A stretch of DNA of 56,781 bases from Thelocarpon superellum (lineage: Eukaryota). Below, piece after piece: positions 35,901 to 47,351 of the stretch (the stretch's first letter is position 1; the number at the start of each line of letters is the position of its first letter). The translations under genes and the position numbers were made by a program. The stretch lies in assembly GCA_026025795.1 (NCBI GenBank), contig JAPEUG010000071.1, positions 1 to 56,781 of the forward strand, read 5' to 3'. The notes under the pieces are model-generated. The model saw only the letters and a list, made by a program, of their open reading frames with translations, searched no databases and was not told where the DNA came from.

Positions 35901-37755
35901 GGGGCCGCCGATGACGAATAAGACGTCGTCCATCCTTTCCCCCGTGCATCGCATGCTCAACAGCAAGTCTTCAGCTACACCGGTACGACCGGCCAAGGAT
36001 CCTGGCGTCGACGCCGACGATGCTGCGGCCGAGGAGGAGATGCGTAAGCTCGCGATGCGACGCAAGAACTTCGAATCCGCTGCCAAGGAGTTGGACGAGC
36101 TGCGGCGGCGTGCCGTGCCCAAGGAGCGCACGAGCCCATCGTACGCGCTGCGCAACAACATCCTCAACATCTTCGAGCGCGGCGAGATTATCGACTACAA
36201 GGACATCTACTTCTGTGGACATGCCGGCGCCAAGAAGCACGTGGGCGATTTGGCGACGCCGGGCACGCAACCAGCCAACTTTGGCTACGACGACGATCGC
36301 GGCGACTATAGCATTGTGAACGGCGACCATCTGGCCTACCGCTACGAGATCATCGACGTGCTTGGCAAGGGCAGCTTCGGCCAGGTTGTGCGCTGCATCG
36401 ATCACAAGACTGGCGGCCTGGTGGCGGTCAAGATCATCCGGAACAAGAAGCGCTTCCACCAGCAGGCTCTGGTGGAGGTAGGCATCTTGCAGAAGTTGCG
36501 CGAATGGGTGAGTGGCTCCGGTGCCTCGATGCAGGCGTCTGCAGTAGGTCAGGGGGCAAGACTGACGTGGGTGGCGTGGCGATAGGACCCGCAGAATCGG
36601 CACAGCATGGTCAGCTTCACGCAAAGCTTCTACTTCCGCGGCCATCTCTGCATCTGTACCGAGCTGTTAGGGATGAATCTGTACGAGTTCATCAAGTCCA
36701 ACAACTTCCAGGGCTTCTCCCTCAAGCTCATCCGGCGCTTCACGAAGCAGCTCCTGAGCAGCCTGGTCCTCCTCAAGGGCCATCGCGTCATCCACTGCGA
36801 TCTCAAGCCCGAGAACGTGTTGCTGGCGCACCCGGCACACTCGGAGATCAAGGTCATCGATTTCGGCTCGAGCTGTTTTGAGAACGACAAGGTGTACACG
36901 TACATCCAGTCACGCTTCTACCGCTCGCCCGAGGTCATCTTGGGGATGAGCTACGGTCTGCCCATCGACATGTGGAGTCTTGGCTGCATCCTGGCCGAGC
37001 TCCACACGGGCTATCCTATCTTCCCCGGCGAGAATGAGCAGGAGCAGCTGGCGTGCATCATGGAGATCTTCGGCCCGCCGGAGAAGCACTTGATCGAGCG
37101 CAGCTCGCGCAAAAAGCTCTTCTTCGACTCGCTCGGAAAACCCCGTCTCACCGTTTCGTCCAAGGGTCGTCGTCGGCGGCCCAGCTCCAAGACACTGCAG
37201 CAGGCGCTGAAGTGTGACGACGACGCCTTCCTTGACTTCTTGACTCGCTGTCTGCGATGGGACCCGGAGCGTCGGCTCAAGCCCGAGGAAGCGGTGCAGC
37301 ACGAATTCATCACGGGTGTGCGGAAGACGGGGCGTAGCCGGGCCCAGCAGGTCATGGCCTCGACGCCGATCAAGCGCTTCAACAGCATCGCCACTTCTTC
37401 CACGTCGTCGTCTGCAGCTCGCCCGCTGCCTGATCCGCCTGCGACGAGCTTCAAGTTCAGCTCGTCAATCCGGAATCGTGATGTGCCGAATGGCTCGCCC
37501 TCCAAGGTGGCGCCGCCATCATCAGCGCGACGGCTCTCGACGGTCAATGGTACATCGTCGACCACGGCAGCTCTGAAACGATCGTCGGCGGGCATTACGA
37601 TGTCGTCCAATCTACCGCGCGTCACGCCTCGTGGCCCGACTATCAAGGGGGAGATGGCGACGGCGGCCGCGACGGCGGCCACGAATGCAGTAAGTACTTC
37701 TGGCTTCAGTCTGTGACTGTTACGACAGCTGACGTCTCGGTGGCAGCGACGATGA
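32986..37755 (+). CDS. pom1: DYRK-family dual-specificity kinase, Pom1-type, with a long disordered N-terminus; 5 exons
   Basis: DH-box NFGYDDDRGDY, LGKGSFGQV, HCDLKPEN, DFGSSC, VYTYIQSRFYRSPE. Introns at 33092-33143, 33341-33398, ~36508-36585 and 37690-37746 join in frame. Start codon is inferred. Confidence 0.88.
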
Positions 37756-39071
37756 TCATGAGGGACGACGTTATCCCCCTTGCCCCATCCACCCGATATA
37801 CATATTTGTCTTTCCTTTCCTTAATGTTTGACCTGTGATTCCTTAGATCGCAACGAAGCGTTGCGAGGCGTGGTACCATGAAGCGTTGGGAAGCATGATG
37901 GGATTTCGTTGACGGTGTCTTGTGTGTCTTGTGCCCCCGTTTCTTGCGAGAGAGCGTATTCCTCTCGCATCCGTGTTCATGACCATTCCTTACCGCGTTC
38001 GTGGCCGGTCTCTATTACATTTCTTGGGTCGGATGGATCAAGCGACGGCATGGTCAGGTACGGTTGGGGAGGAACGAGGGTCGGGGTGAGGGTAGGAAGG
38101 AGGACGACGAAAGATAGAGAGTCGGGGGCAGGAGATCAGATGAGGCGAAGAAGCGAAGAGACGTCGTCCCTCTTTGTATACACGCCACAAGGCCCATGGC
38201 TCCCAAATTCCGTCCTCACGACGGTGCTGTATATACAATCCTCCTCCCATTCATCCCTCTAAGAGAAAACGGAGTCCGTGAGGTCATAGAAGTAGAGGAG
38301 CGAGTTCTGGCTTTCGCAAGGAGCAGTACAATGCGTGTGTACCAGCGGCCATCGTCCCAGAACCGCCCCGGGCCCTGCTCTATTACAACCATCTGATCAT
38401 GTCTATCGCAGGTCATTATCGGACCCCGACGGAAATCTTGGGGCTCTCCGCCATCTGACTGTGGTCCCCCGGTCTCTCCTCATTCTCTGAGCACGGACAC
38501 GTGTAATCATCCACCGGGGCTCTCCCTGTTATCTCGGCATGGACCTAACCAAGTGGTCTTCAGCGAGGCTCGTCGTGACATCCGAACTTGTTTCTAAGCC
38601 TTGGAGCGCTCCGTATCATGGCGCCATGAAAAGTGTATCGGGGCATTCCCTATCGTGCAACGGTGATCGTCCACGGTAGGATCTTCGCTGTTGATGGGCG
38701 TGATCATGCGTTTACGGAGTGTATAGGGGTCATTGCAATGGCAAATAGGAGAAAGAAGGGATGAATCTGGAGATGGAGATGAAGATGAGGATGGACAAGA
38801 TGTCAAGCACGTGTTCCAATTTAGTCTGTTCGGTCTGCCTCTTCCTCTACCCATGTGCTTCGCTACTGTTTGCTTTCCTTTCCTTCTCGACCGATTACTC
38901 CTTTCACTCGCCTCTATCTTTGTCTCCCCTTCCACTCTCCCTTCCCATCCGCTCTCTCTGCCCATTTAGTCCTCCCAGTCCAGACGTCTCCAGCACCAGG
39001 TAGATCCGCCATGGAGATAGACAGACCGATTCGTTGATAGTAGGGCAGGGAGGAGGAGGGAATGTGGCGCC

Positions 39072-40501
39072 TCAACGACTGGAAGTCTGCACCGACACAT
39101 CCTGCTTGACATGCACGACGCCTTCCTCTCCACGTCCGTGCCCACGTTCATGGGCACCAGCTCCGCGCTCGAGATCGCGTTGCGCATGGCGTGACTCGGA
39201 GGGAAGGCGGTGGCCCATGGACTTGCAAAAGGAGAAGGGCCGCTTCACTGAGAACGGAAGCGGCGCTTTCTCCCACTTCTCCTTCGTATTCATATCGTTG
39301 TCCAGAGTCATGGTAGGGGATTCGGCGATGGAGGAGGATAGAGTCGGAGAGACCTTGGTGGCCATATCAGGGTACACATGTCCCGTCGTCAGAGTTGACG
39401 TCTCTTGGGAAGAAGTGCTGCTTGACGTGATCAGATCATCCGTCTTGGAGCGGAAAGCCGTCGTGCCCGTTGAATAGCTGTTCGTGAAGTTCTTGTTGCC
39501 TCCGTGAGGACCGTGGTGCTTGTTTGATGGATCCGTGCTGCCGCTGCCGCCGGTCGGGCGGCTGTAGGGATGGGACGCCGGTGGTCCGTTGACGGCTGCC
39601 GACGCCCAGAGAGAGGACAGCGGGAGGGAAATGGCGACGAGGGTCAGGACGTTGGTCGAGAGCACTGGCACGGTCACCACGTATTGAAGGATGGCGAAGA
39701 TGGCTGCGATGGGTCAGCGGGTGAAGAAACACGAACCAGATCTGGAATTATACCCGGAACGACCATAGTCTGACATCCCATGATGAAGATGATCTGCATC
39801 GGCGCATACTGCTTCATGCCCAGCTTCTTGCGTTCGTACAAGGCGAAGCCCAGCTTGATGGCGAACAGGGCGCAGAAAAAGCAGATGCTGATGGTCGCGG
39901 TGATGTTCGCGGCGCTGGCCAGCCACTGCCATGCGAGGAAGTTCTCGGCCTCGAGGATCTTCTCGCTATTGATGATGACCAGGGCGAAGCGGAAGCCAAT
40001 AGCTAGAAGCGCGACCACCGCCGAAACAGCCGTGATGATGTACCGCTGGGATTTGAGCAGCGTGGCGCACACGACACGTGCCTGCAGGACCAGGGACACC
40101 TCGATGGTCATCAGGAGAAGTAACGTGAGGACGTCAGCGGTGATGGAGGTGGCGTAGTCTGTGGCGGGGACGCGGGAGTAGTCCTCGGCGAAGAAGGCGT
40201 AGGTCTCGTTGAAGCCGCTAGTAAAGTAGAGGCATTGCAGCAGCGAACGGATGAAGTTGACCGACAGCGAGAGGGCATTCAGGTAGAAGATGGGCGATTG
40301 GCGCTTCTCGGCCCGGGTCAGGAGCATCAGCACCACCAGGAGGATCAGCGATGCCCCCAGCTGGCTACCATAGTCGATGCAAGTCTGCACGTTGTACAGC
40401 GTGAAGGCATCGAGGTCCGGTATGGTGATATTGAAGGGCGTGCCGTCCGCCAGGAGGAGGGTGACGTTCTGCGAGAACGGATCGAACGTCGGAGAGGCCA
40501 T
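39072..40501 (-). CDS. STE2: Alpha-factor pheromone receptor (Ste2/PreB, class D GPCR); 2 exons (intron 39704-39753)
   Basis: FDPFSQNVT, IDYGSQLGA, SPIFYLN, IEVSLVLQARVV, KLGFALYERKKLGMKQY, MQIIFIMGCQTMVVP, LVAISLPLSSLWA; seven hydrophobic helices. Confidence 0.95.
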
Positions 40502-41559
40502 GCTCGACGACGTGTCGGACAGATGCTGAGGTGACGAAGCTTGTTAGAGGCTGATAGACGGGCTTGAGGAGACTTGCAGGCCAACGAGGAGATGATGAGG
40601 AAAGATTGATGGACCTCGTGAAGAAGCAGAGAGACTGCAGAAGTCTTGATGCAGTGCGTTATGTGGGAAGAAGAGAAGGAGAGAGCAGGGCAGAGCAACG
40701 CAGGATGAAGTATTTGAGCTCCATCAACAATGGAGCTCTGGGATCGACATGGCCCAGCCCCGGCCGTGGTTGACCGCGACCCGCATTCATCGTCGTCGCT
40801 GCGAGACTCGGCAGCAGGAGAAGAATAGGATGAACGTCGACACTTGGAGCGAATCGTCCGGAAACACAATACCTACGAGGCTTGGAGAGATTGCGAGACA
40901 GATGGTGGACAATACGAAGAGAGAGACATCGGCGCTGCCATTTCCCTTCACTGTATCTTTGCCGCCCTCCATATTCACGGCGAGACCGGGTATCGACCCG
41001 CCTGGCAGCATCATCTCCTCTGTGAAGCCGTGCCATTCATCCGCATTGGAACATCATCACAGTCAACGCCGACCTCACTTCGAGACCTGTCATGATGGCT
41101 GGAGAGCCTTAGTATTGTTCTCTCCGCCGCTACTGACCCTGTCTTGCATCAGCGCCTGCGACTACCCGACGCGCAGGATGAGGTTGTCTTTGGGCGCGAG
41201 TCGGATCACGGCAATGCATCCGGAGACCTAGGTCTACTGAATGAGTAAGGTCATACTCGAGCAGCTGACAACACGATGCAGCGGCTCACTCTTGTGAGTG
41301 AGATTGGTGCAAGCGATCAGCCCACGGAGGGAAATTTGATGTCTCGTGGAGTTGAGATTTTTCCCGTGACTTGGCGTTGGACGATACACGTGACATCGTG
41401 ATCGAACTACCACCGACGCGTCTTCTGCAGAGCCTCAGGTGCCACTTTGGTATATCAGGAATACTCGCACGGCATCTGACCCGTCACTCGGCTCACTCAT
41501 ACGCAGCCCCTGGGGAAACCCTTCATGATCCAAACCCAAAGCAACCCACGGTGGACGTC

Positions 41560-43623
41560 ATGACATCTGACTGCCTACATCTGCGAGCAGATGGCGATCA
41601 CTCGTATGTTTCCGAATCATTACGGACTCCATTTCCCCTCGCGCTTCGGAAGTCTGGAAAACCATCGACGTACTATTTTTTGAAAGAGCTGAGTTCGGGA
41701 CGTCTCCATGTCCGACAAGACCAGGATGCGACCGCGTGGCATTCTGTCGCCGCCCTCCGTAACTCGCCTTTCCCTGTTGTCCTTGTGGCTAAGTTCTCAC
41801 CTTGTCCAGATCTGCTTCCGAAAAACGTCGTTCTGGAAGCTTTGGAACCCAAGGCAGTCCGGGTCTCGTATGTTCTCGTCAGCAATGGAGAGGATGGATC
41901 AGATGGATCTGGCACTGCGACGCAAGCACCAATCCTCGGGTCATCATATCTTCTCCATGCTCGCGGGCAAGTCGAATCATTTACCATTGGCTCCACCAGA
42001 TTCATCCTCGAGTCAGATCCTTCCATTGATGTTCAAGTCACCTCTTCGCCTCCTCTCACCACTGGAGGCGGCACCGTCATGGCCGTCGCTGACCGCGGAT
42101 CAAGTCTGACATTCAGTGCACAAGATGATCAGCACGGCCACGACGACCCGGGCAAGGAAGAACTCGTCGTGAATTCCCACGCAGAGACGGCGGTGGGTGC
42201 GTCGGGCTCAGAAGTCGTGCTCCAGCCTCAGAAAGTCCAAGCAACCCGAAATTTGACCCCTGGAGAGTCCGGCGCCGGAGAAGACCGAGTGCTAGATACG
42301 CCAGCGATGGAGAATCGATACAAGAATGCCCGCTCGGCGAGCGATCACATCCAAGGGATCACCAAAGAAGCCCGGAACGACACCACAAAGCCCCCACCAA
42401 ACTCCGTTCGTAGAGGCCGACCTCTGGGTCGAACACGAAAGACGGAGAACGACAAGCATGAGAAGACGGTAGCGGTACTCAACGACGGCGGCGCTGTGAT
42501 CGCACTACCGCCTGATGCGGCGTCCGTCCCAGATACTGCCCATGACACTGATGCTAGGAGCTCGACCGAGCAACCCGCCGCAGAAGACGTCGAGCCACCA
42601 GAGCCGCATCTCACCCCCACCACGAAGAGCATCTCCAAAAGAAAGCTCCCCATACCTGCAGACACCGCAGCGAGACCACTGACGGCAAAGCGACGGCGGA
42701 ATGGAGGCCACGAGCTGGTCACGACCGCGGTAAGACCCACCATCGCATCGTCCATGTCCCCACCAGGCACCGACTACACCGATTCCTCCATCAAAGACAC
42801 GCAGTGGACGTTTCAGGCCGGATCCTCCGTCCCATCGCAGAGCTCAACACAAACACCGCGAAAGGGCCCGCTAGCCGTCTCCAAAGACAAGAGAACTTCT
42901 GCACAGTCTCCGAGTCTAGGCGTGGTCTTCAGCAACACCGCAGCCCCGAATCAGCCCAAGATCAAAGCCTTCCTCAAAGCCCAGCAAATCGCCGTGGTCC
43001 ACTCCGTACTAAGCGACGAAGCAACCATGCTGTGCATCGGGGCCGGCGAGCTCCGACGAACGAGCAAGCTCACGATGAGCGTGGCGCTGGGCAAAACGAT
43101 CGTAACAGACGAGTGGCTCAAGGATAGTGCCAAAGCAGGCTCAATCCTCGACGCGACGCCGTATCTTCCGCGAGATCCCAAGCAAGAGGAGGCGTGGAAC
43201 TTCCGCCTCGCAGACGCTGTTGAACGCGGTCGACGTGGCGAGGGCATACGACCTCTTTCGAACTGGGCCGTTGTCATTACCCCGCGACTGAAAGCAGATC
43301 TGGGCAAGAGCAGCGAACTGATGGACCTCGTCTCCTTTGCGGGCGCTGCGTCCATAACGCATGATGTCCCGTCTGATCCGCCAGAAGAAGTGCCGCGGAC
43401 GCTCCTCCTCGGATCGGCACGCGACGAGGGCGAAGTTGACATTGTGCGAGCATTAGCAGCGGGCTGGGCCGTATATAGCACGGACATCGTGTCGCTTAGT
43501 CTTTTGAGAGGCGCTTTGCAGACGGGCGGAACGGAGTTTCGGATTCAGTATGGGGCGAAGAAGGCACCGGAGTCCGTCAATGGTGGGAGATCGCGGGATA
43601 GAAGGAGGAAGGCAGGGTCATGA
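41560..43623 (+). CDS. Tandem-BRCT protein with an MDC1/Mdb1-like C-terminus
   Basis: Single long ORF. The C-terminal VVFSN...LRRTSKLTMSVALGKTIVTDEWLKDSAKAG...PRDPKQEEAWNFRLADAVERGR resembles the MDC1-type BRCT1 plus linker. ATG 41560 is assumed as start. Confidence 0.78.
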   Translation: MTSDCLHLRADGDHSYVSESLRTPFPLALRKSGKPSTYYFLKELSSGRLHVRQDQDATAWHSVAALRNSPFPVVLVAKFSPCPDLLPKNVVLEALEPKAVRVSYVLVSNGEDGSDGSGTATQAPILGSSYLLHARGQVESFTIGSTRFILESDPSIDVQVTSSPPLTTGGGTVMAVADRGSSLTFSAQDDQHGHDDPGKEELVVNSHAETAVGASGSEVVLQPQKVQATRNLTPGESGAGEDRVLDTPAMENRYKNARSASDHIQGITKEARNDTTKPPPNSVRRGRPLGRTRKTENDKHEKTVAVLNDGGAVIALPPDAASVPDTAHDTDARSSTEQPAAEDVEPPEPHLTPTTKSISKRKLPIPADTAARPLTAKRRRNGGHELVTTAVRPTIASSMSPPGTDYTDSSIKDTQWTFQAGSSVPSQSSTQTPRKGPLAVSKDKRTSAQSPSLGVVFSNTAAPNQPKIKAFLKAQQIAVVHSVLSDEATMLCIGAGELRRTSKLTMSVALGKTIVTDEWLKDSAKAGSILDATPYLPRDPKQEEAWNFRLADAVERGRRGEGIRPLSNWAVVITPRLKADLGKSSELMDLVSFAGAASITHDVPSDPPEEVPRTLLLGSARDEGEVDIVRALAAGWAVYSTDIVSLSLLRGALQTGGTEFRIQYGAKKAPESVNGGRSRDRRRKAGS

Positions 43624-43808
43624 CGCATTGTGTGATGTCAAGCTCTTGAATTAGCCAGCGTCCTTCATTGGTATGATACAAGCACGATCCCAGCTTGTCC
43701 GCCGCCCACGCCTTTGCCACGTCCATATCCTCCCTGCCGAGCCAGCCATGATATCATACAAACCGAGGGAAAAGAGCCGGTGCAGCGTAAGCCAGACAAC
43801 CTGCTCAG

Positions 43809-45018
43809 CTATGTAGGAGACGACGTCTCGGCGACCGTGTTCGACGCCTCAGCAGCCGGTTCCATCTTCTTAGCCTCTACCTCGGTCACTGGTTTGGTCG
43901 CGGCCTTGGGCACCAGGTTGCGCAGGGAGATATCGTACACGACGTCCTCGGTCTTCTTGACGTGGTACTTGATGCTGTCGCTGCGGCGCCTCAGCGCGTC
44001 GTTCTTGAGATTCAGGATCTGGAAGCCCGCGTGCAGGTCTTTGACGAAGTGGCTGATCTGGAGCGGCCGGTGGTAATCTCCTAGGGTGACAGAGTTGACT
44101 GCCAGACGGGCCTGGCATGGTGTTAATCGAGACGCGAAGAGCCTGAAGGGGGGGAGTAGAGGGAGAGACGTGCCAGCTCTTCAATCAGGTTGATCAGCGC
44201 GTGGAGATACTCTTCGATCGTGAGGTGGAAGGTATCGCGGTTCTTGACGTTGACGGGAACTGGGGACCTTCTGCGTGAGTAGTGAGGCACCACGACTACA
44301 TGGGACGGGCCGTACCGTCCAGGATCGCTCCCACTTCCTCGATCGTTAACAATCGGCCTTGCGGCGGCGATGCTTCCAGCCGGAACCCCCCGAGCCACCC
44401 GCAGAGGATCACGGAATAGGCCTGGCGCTTTCAGCTCAATCGTCAGCCATTGGAAACAGACGCAAAGACATACCACGATCTGCATGTCCCGGGTCCACAT
44501 GACATTGTATCTGCCACGCCGGTCAGCAAGGGTGCAACCGTTGAAGCTGTGGGAGAGCCAGACTTGTAGTATGGGTGTTTGGACGCAATTTTCGAGAGCT
44601 GTGCAATGGTCTGCACCTCATCTTGGATCGCTTTCTCCGCGATACTGATGGCGGGTAACACTGGCACGCGTCGAATGCGGTGAGCTGGTGACTGACAGCG
44701 CATGGGGGGGGGAATGTGCACATTCGGCTTCAGGAGTTGCATGAGCTCGAGACAGGATCGATTGAATCATGCGACCTTTACTTGCGTTAGAGAAGAAAGA
44801 CAAAGACAGACAGACGTGGACCAGTCCGATCTCACCTTGGCGGTCTAATGTTTGGAGAATCCCTCGAATCTCCTGACCACCACCAAGGGTCAACCCTGCT
44901 TGATGAGGCGCACGGTGGGGAGCACTACCTCTCGAACTTGAGCATCTTCATCGATCTTGGTTTGAAGGTGCTCGAAGATGGCCGGGTCCACAACGGTGCT
45001 CGAGCTGGACTCTGCCAT
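43809..45018 (-). CDS. TSN1: Translin (C3PO subunit); 8 exons
   Basis: IFEHLQTKIDEDAQVRE|EIRGI, FHLTIEEYLHALINLIEEL|ARLAVNSVTLGDY, GFQILNLKNDALRRRSDSIKYHVKKTEDVVYDISLRNL. Confidence 0.93.
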
Positions 45019-45707
45019 GTTGATGGGTGTCTCGGCTCTTGTTGACGCCTACCAGGCGTCAACTTAGGCGTCAACACCACAAGATGAATTTCGATTTCGA
45101 CGTCATTGTGCGAATCTCAATTCTGCCGTCTCAGCAACTTCACTACGCTATGTGTACACGGAGAACTACGATTCCACTCAGGCTTCTTCTCCAAGCCCTC
45201 GAACAAGTCGAGAGACATGATGAAAAAGGATTGCGACGGCCCGAGATAGTGCAAATACGAGCGTCACGGTGCCGCGGCCATTCGCAAGCGAAGAGGGCGC
45301 GCGACCAAGTACAAAAATAAGTATAATCAATGCAGGGTCCTTAGACCCGTTTCAGAGATTAAACTGAAAAGAACAGATACTACACTTGATCTGGGAAGAG
45401 GTCAGCGAAAACTCCGAAAGCTGGAGTTGCGAGGGAGACATACCTAAGCCAAAAGGCAAAGAGAGCTGAAGAAGAAAAGGAAGAAAGGGAGAAGGGCGTG
45501 GTGGGGCGAAGATTATATACCTGCGGAAACGTATGATTACCCGGAGTGCCAAGACCGGACAGCTTTAGCGGTCCTGTGCAACCGTGACTCAAGTTGTCAA
45601 GCATGACTACGCAACTTTCAACGCGAGCTCAATCTGAAGCCCGCGGCGGATTCATGAGCGCGCAAGTTGACCTTCCACGGGCTTCTCCGTCCTGGACATG
45701 AGTCACG

Positions 45708-46552
45708 ATGACTTCTACCGTCACAACCTCGGCTCCCGTCGTGGAGCGAGCGTCTCCAGTTGAGGTGCTCAACACCGACCTGGCGCGGCTGGCCACTCAT
45801 GTGCACTCCGCCTTGTTGCTCACCGCCTACTATCTCGGATTCCAATACCTCGTCGCCGACCCAGTTGAGGCACTCTGGATCTCCCTACCCGTGCTTGCCG
45901 CTGTGCAGATCGCCTATGCTGTTCTCTGTCTTCCAGCGGCAGGGCCTGCCGGAGCCAAGACCCCCAAGAAGCCGGCGTCGCGTCGGAAAAGTTCAGCGGC
46001 GAACGGGTCGTTGAATACCAAGATTGTTGTTAGCGGCCCCTCAGTCACCACCTGCATTGATGTAACGGACCATTGAACCTTCGTGTAGCATGCCCTTCTC
46101 TCCACTCTCCTCTCCTCCGTGATGGGTGTGCCCACCCTTACCGTGGTAATGATCCTCTTCGGCGCTCCGTTGACCACCCACTTAACCCACACGATCCTCG
46201 CCGCGTGTCATTTCACCCTCCTCGCCGTCCTACCGTTGACCTATGTCCTTGGCGTCGACGGTCCACGATGGCGCGACGCCATTGCTGCGATGCTCCCGCT
46301 GGATGAGGTGTTTGGAGCTACTCTTGGATGCTTCGTCGGTGCATGGCTCGGTGCCGTGCCGATCCCGTTAGACTGGTGAGGCCCGACATGTCCGCCGATC
46401 ACATCGACTGCGTGGCTGATGCATCTTCCCACAGGGACCGCGAGTGGCAGAGATGGCCCATCACCATCGTGACGGGTGCTTACGGGGGCTATGTGTGTGG
46501 GAAACTGATCGGCGGCTATGCCGTCAAGGGCAAACGAATTGAGTTTGACTGA
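45708..46552 (+). CDS. GPI11: GPI anchor biosynthesis protein Gpi11/PIG-F; 3 exons
   Basis: ILFGAPL, GCFVGAWLGAVPIPLDW|DREWQRWPITIVTGAYGG. Confidence 0.93.
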
Positions 46553-47351
46553 GTCGGTCGGGGAGCTTGCTGTGCAGACCCGCAGACCCGTCAAAACATA
46601 CCCAATTATGACCCCGCAACGGCATACCTTATACCCATCTCTCTTATACCCATCTCTCTTCACAGCAAAAGATCTCTGATTTCTAGCCCACTGACTGGAG
46701 CAATCAAGGTCTTTTGCAGTGGATACACCTTCACCGGGATAAATGCATAGTGACCTGGCTCGCATGTGACATTTGCCGGATGTGTGCACGGGAGGGGAGA
46801 TCGGGACACATCCTGGCAGGACGGTCATCAAGCTCAAAGGGTCTGCGCAGCCAGCATGCCCAGAGACGGCGACTCAGCGCTCCCAAAGCAGGGAGAGCCA
46901 TATTCCGATGCGAAGTAGGTGACAAGCCGCCCAGAGCATCTGAATCTGTGAGAAGGAAGGCGGTGAACTGGCGGATAGGAACAGCCTCCGCGGTAGCAAA
47001 GTGACGGCCCAACTCGGTTCCACCGAGGCTACTCGCCGGGCGAAGCGACAGCCGGTGGTGATGTTACTCGTTTCTTGGCTCGCCTTTCTCAAGGCCGACG
47101 GTATTCACCGTTCCTAAAGCCCCACATACTTGCAGATTTTAGTAAACGCCGAAATCTCCGCGGACTCCTCCTCTTCTTTGCTCGCCCTTGCTTCCCGTTG
47201 CCCCACTTTCGGATTCTTGCAGATCAACATCTTGCTACATGGCGTCCCGCACACCGCAAAAGCTCGCTCCGAGGCGCTGCTCTTAAGCAGAGTCGATCCC
47301 TGCAACTCGATCGATCAGCCGCAGTTGCTCTCGCCAGTCTCATCGTCGAAA

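Noticed and set aside
38960..46552. STE2 region as a mating-type locus
   Set aside because: No alpha-box or HMG MAT genes and no SLA2/APN2 flanks; the neighbours are ordinary housekeeping genes.
46628..46660. 15-bp direct duplication CTTATACCCATCTCT x2 as a transposon footprint
   Set aside because: A simple local tandem duplication in a 3'UTR with no element remnants. Similar small duplications occur at ~16578-16620 and ~10620-10650.
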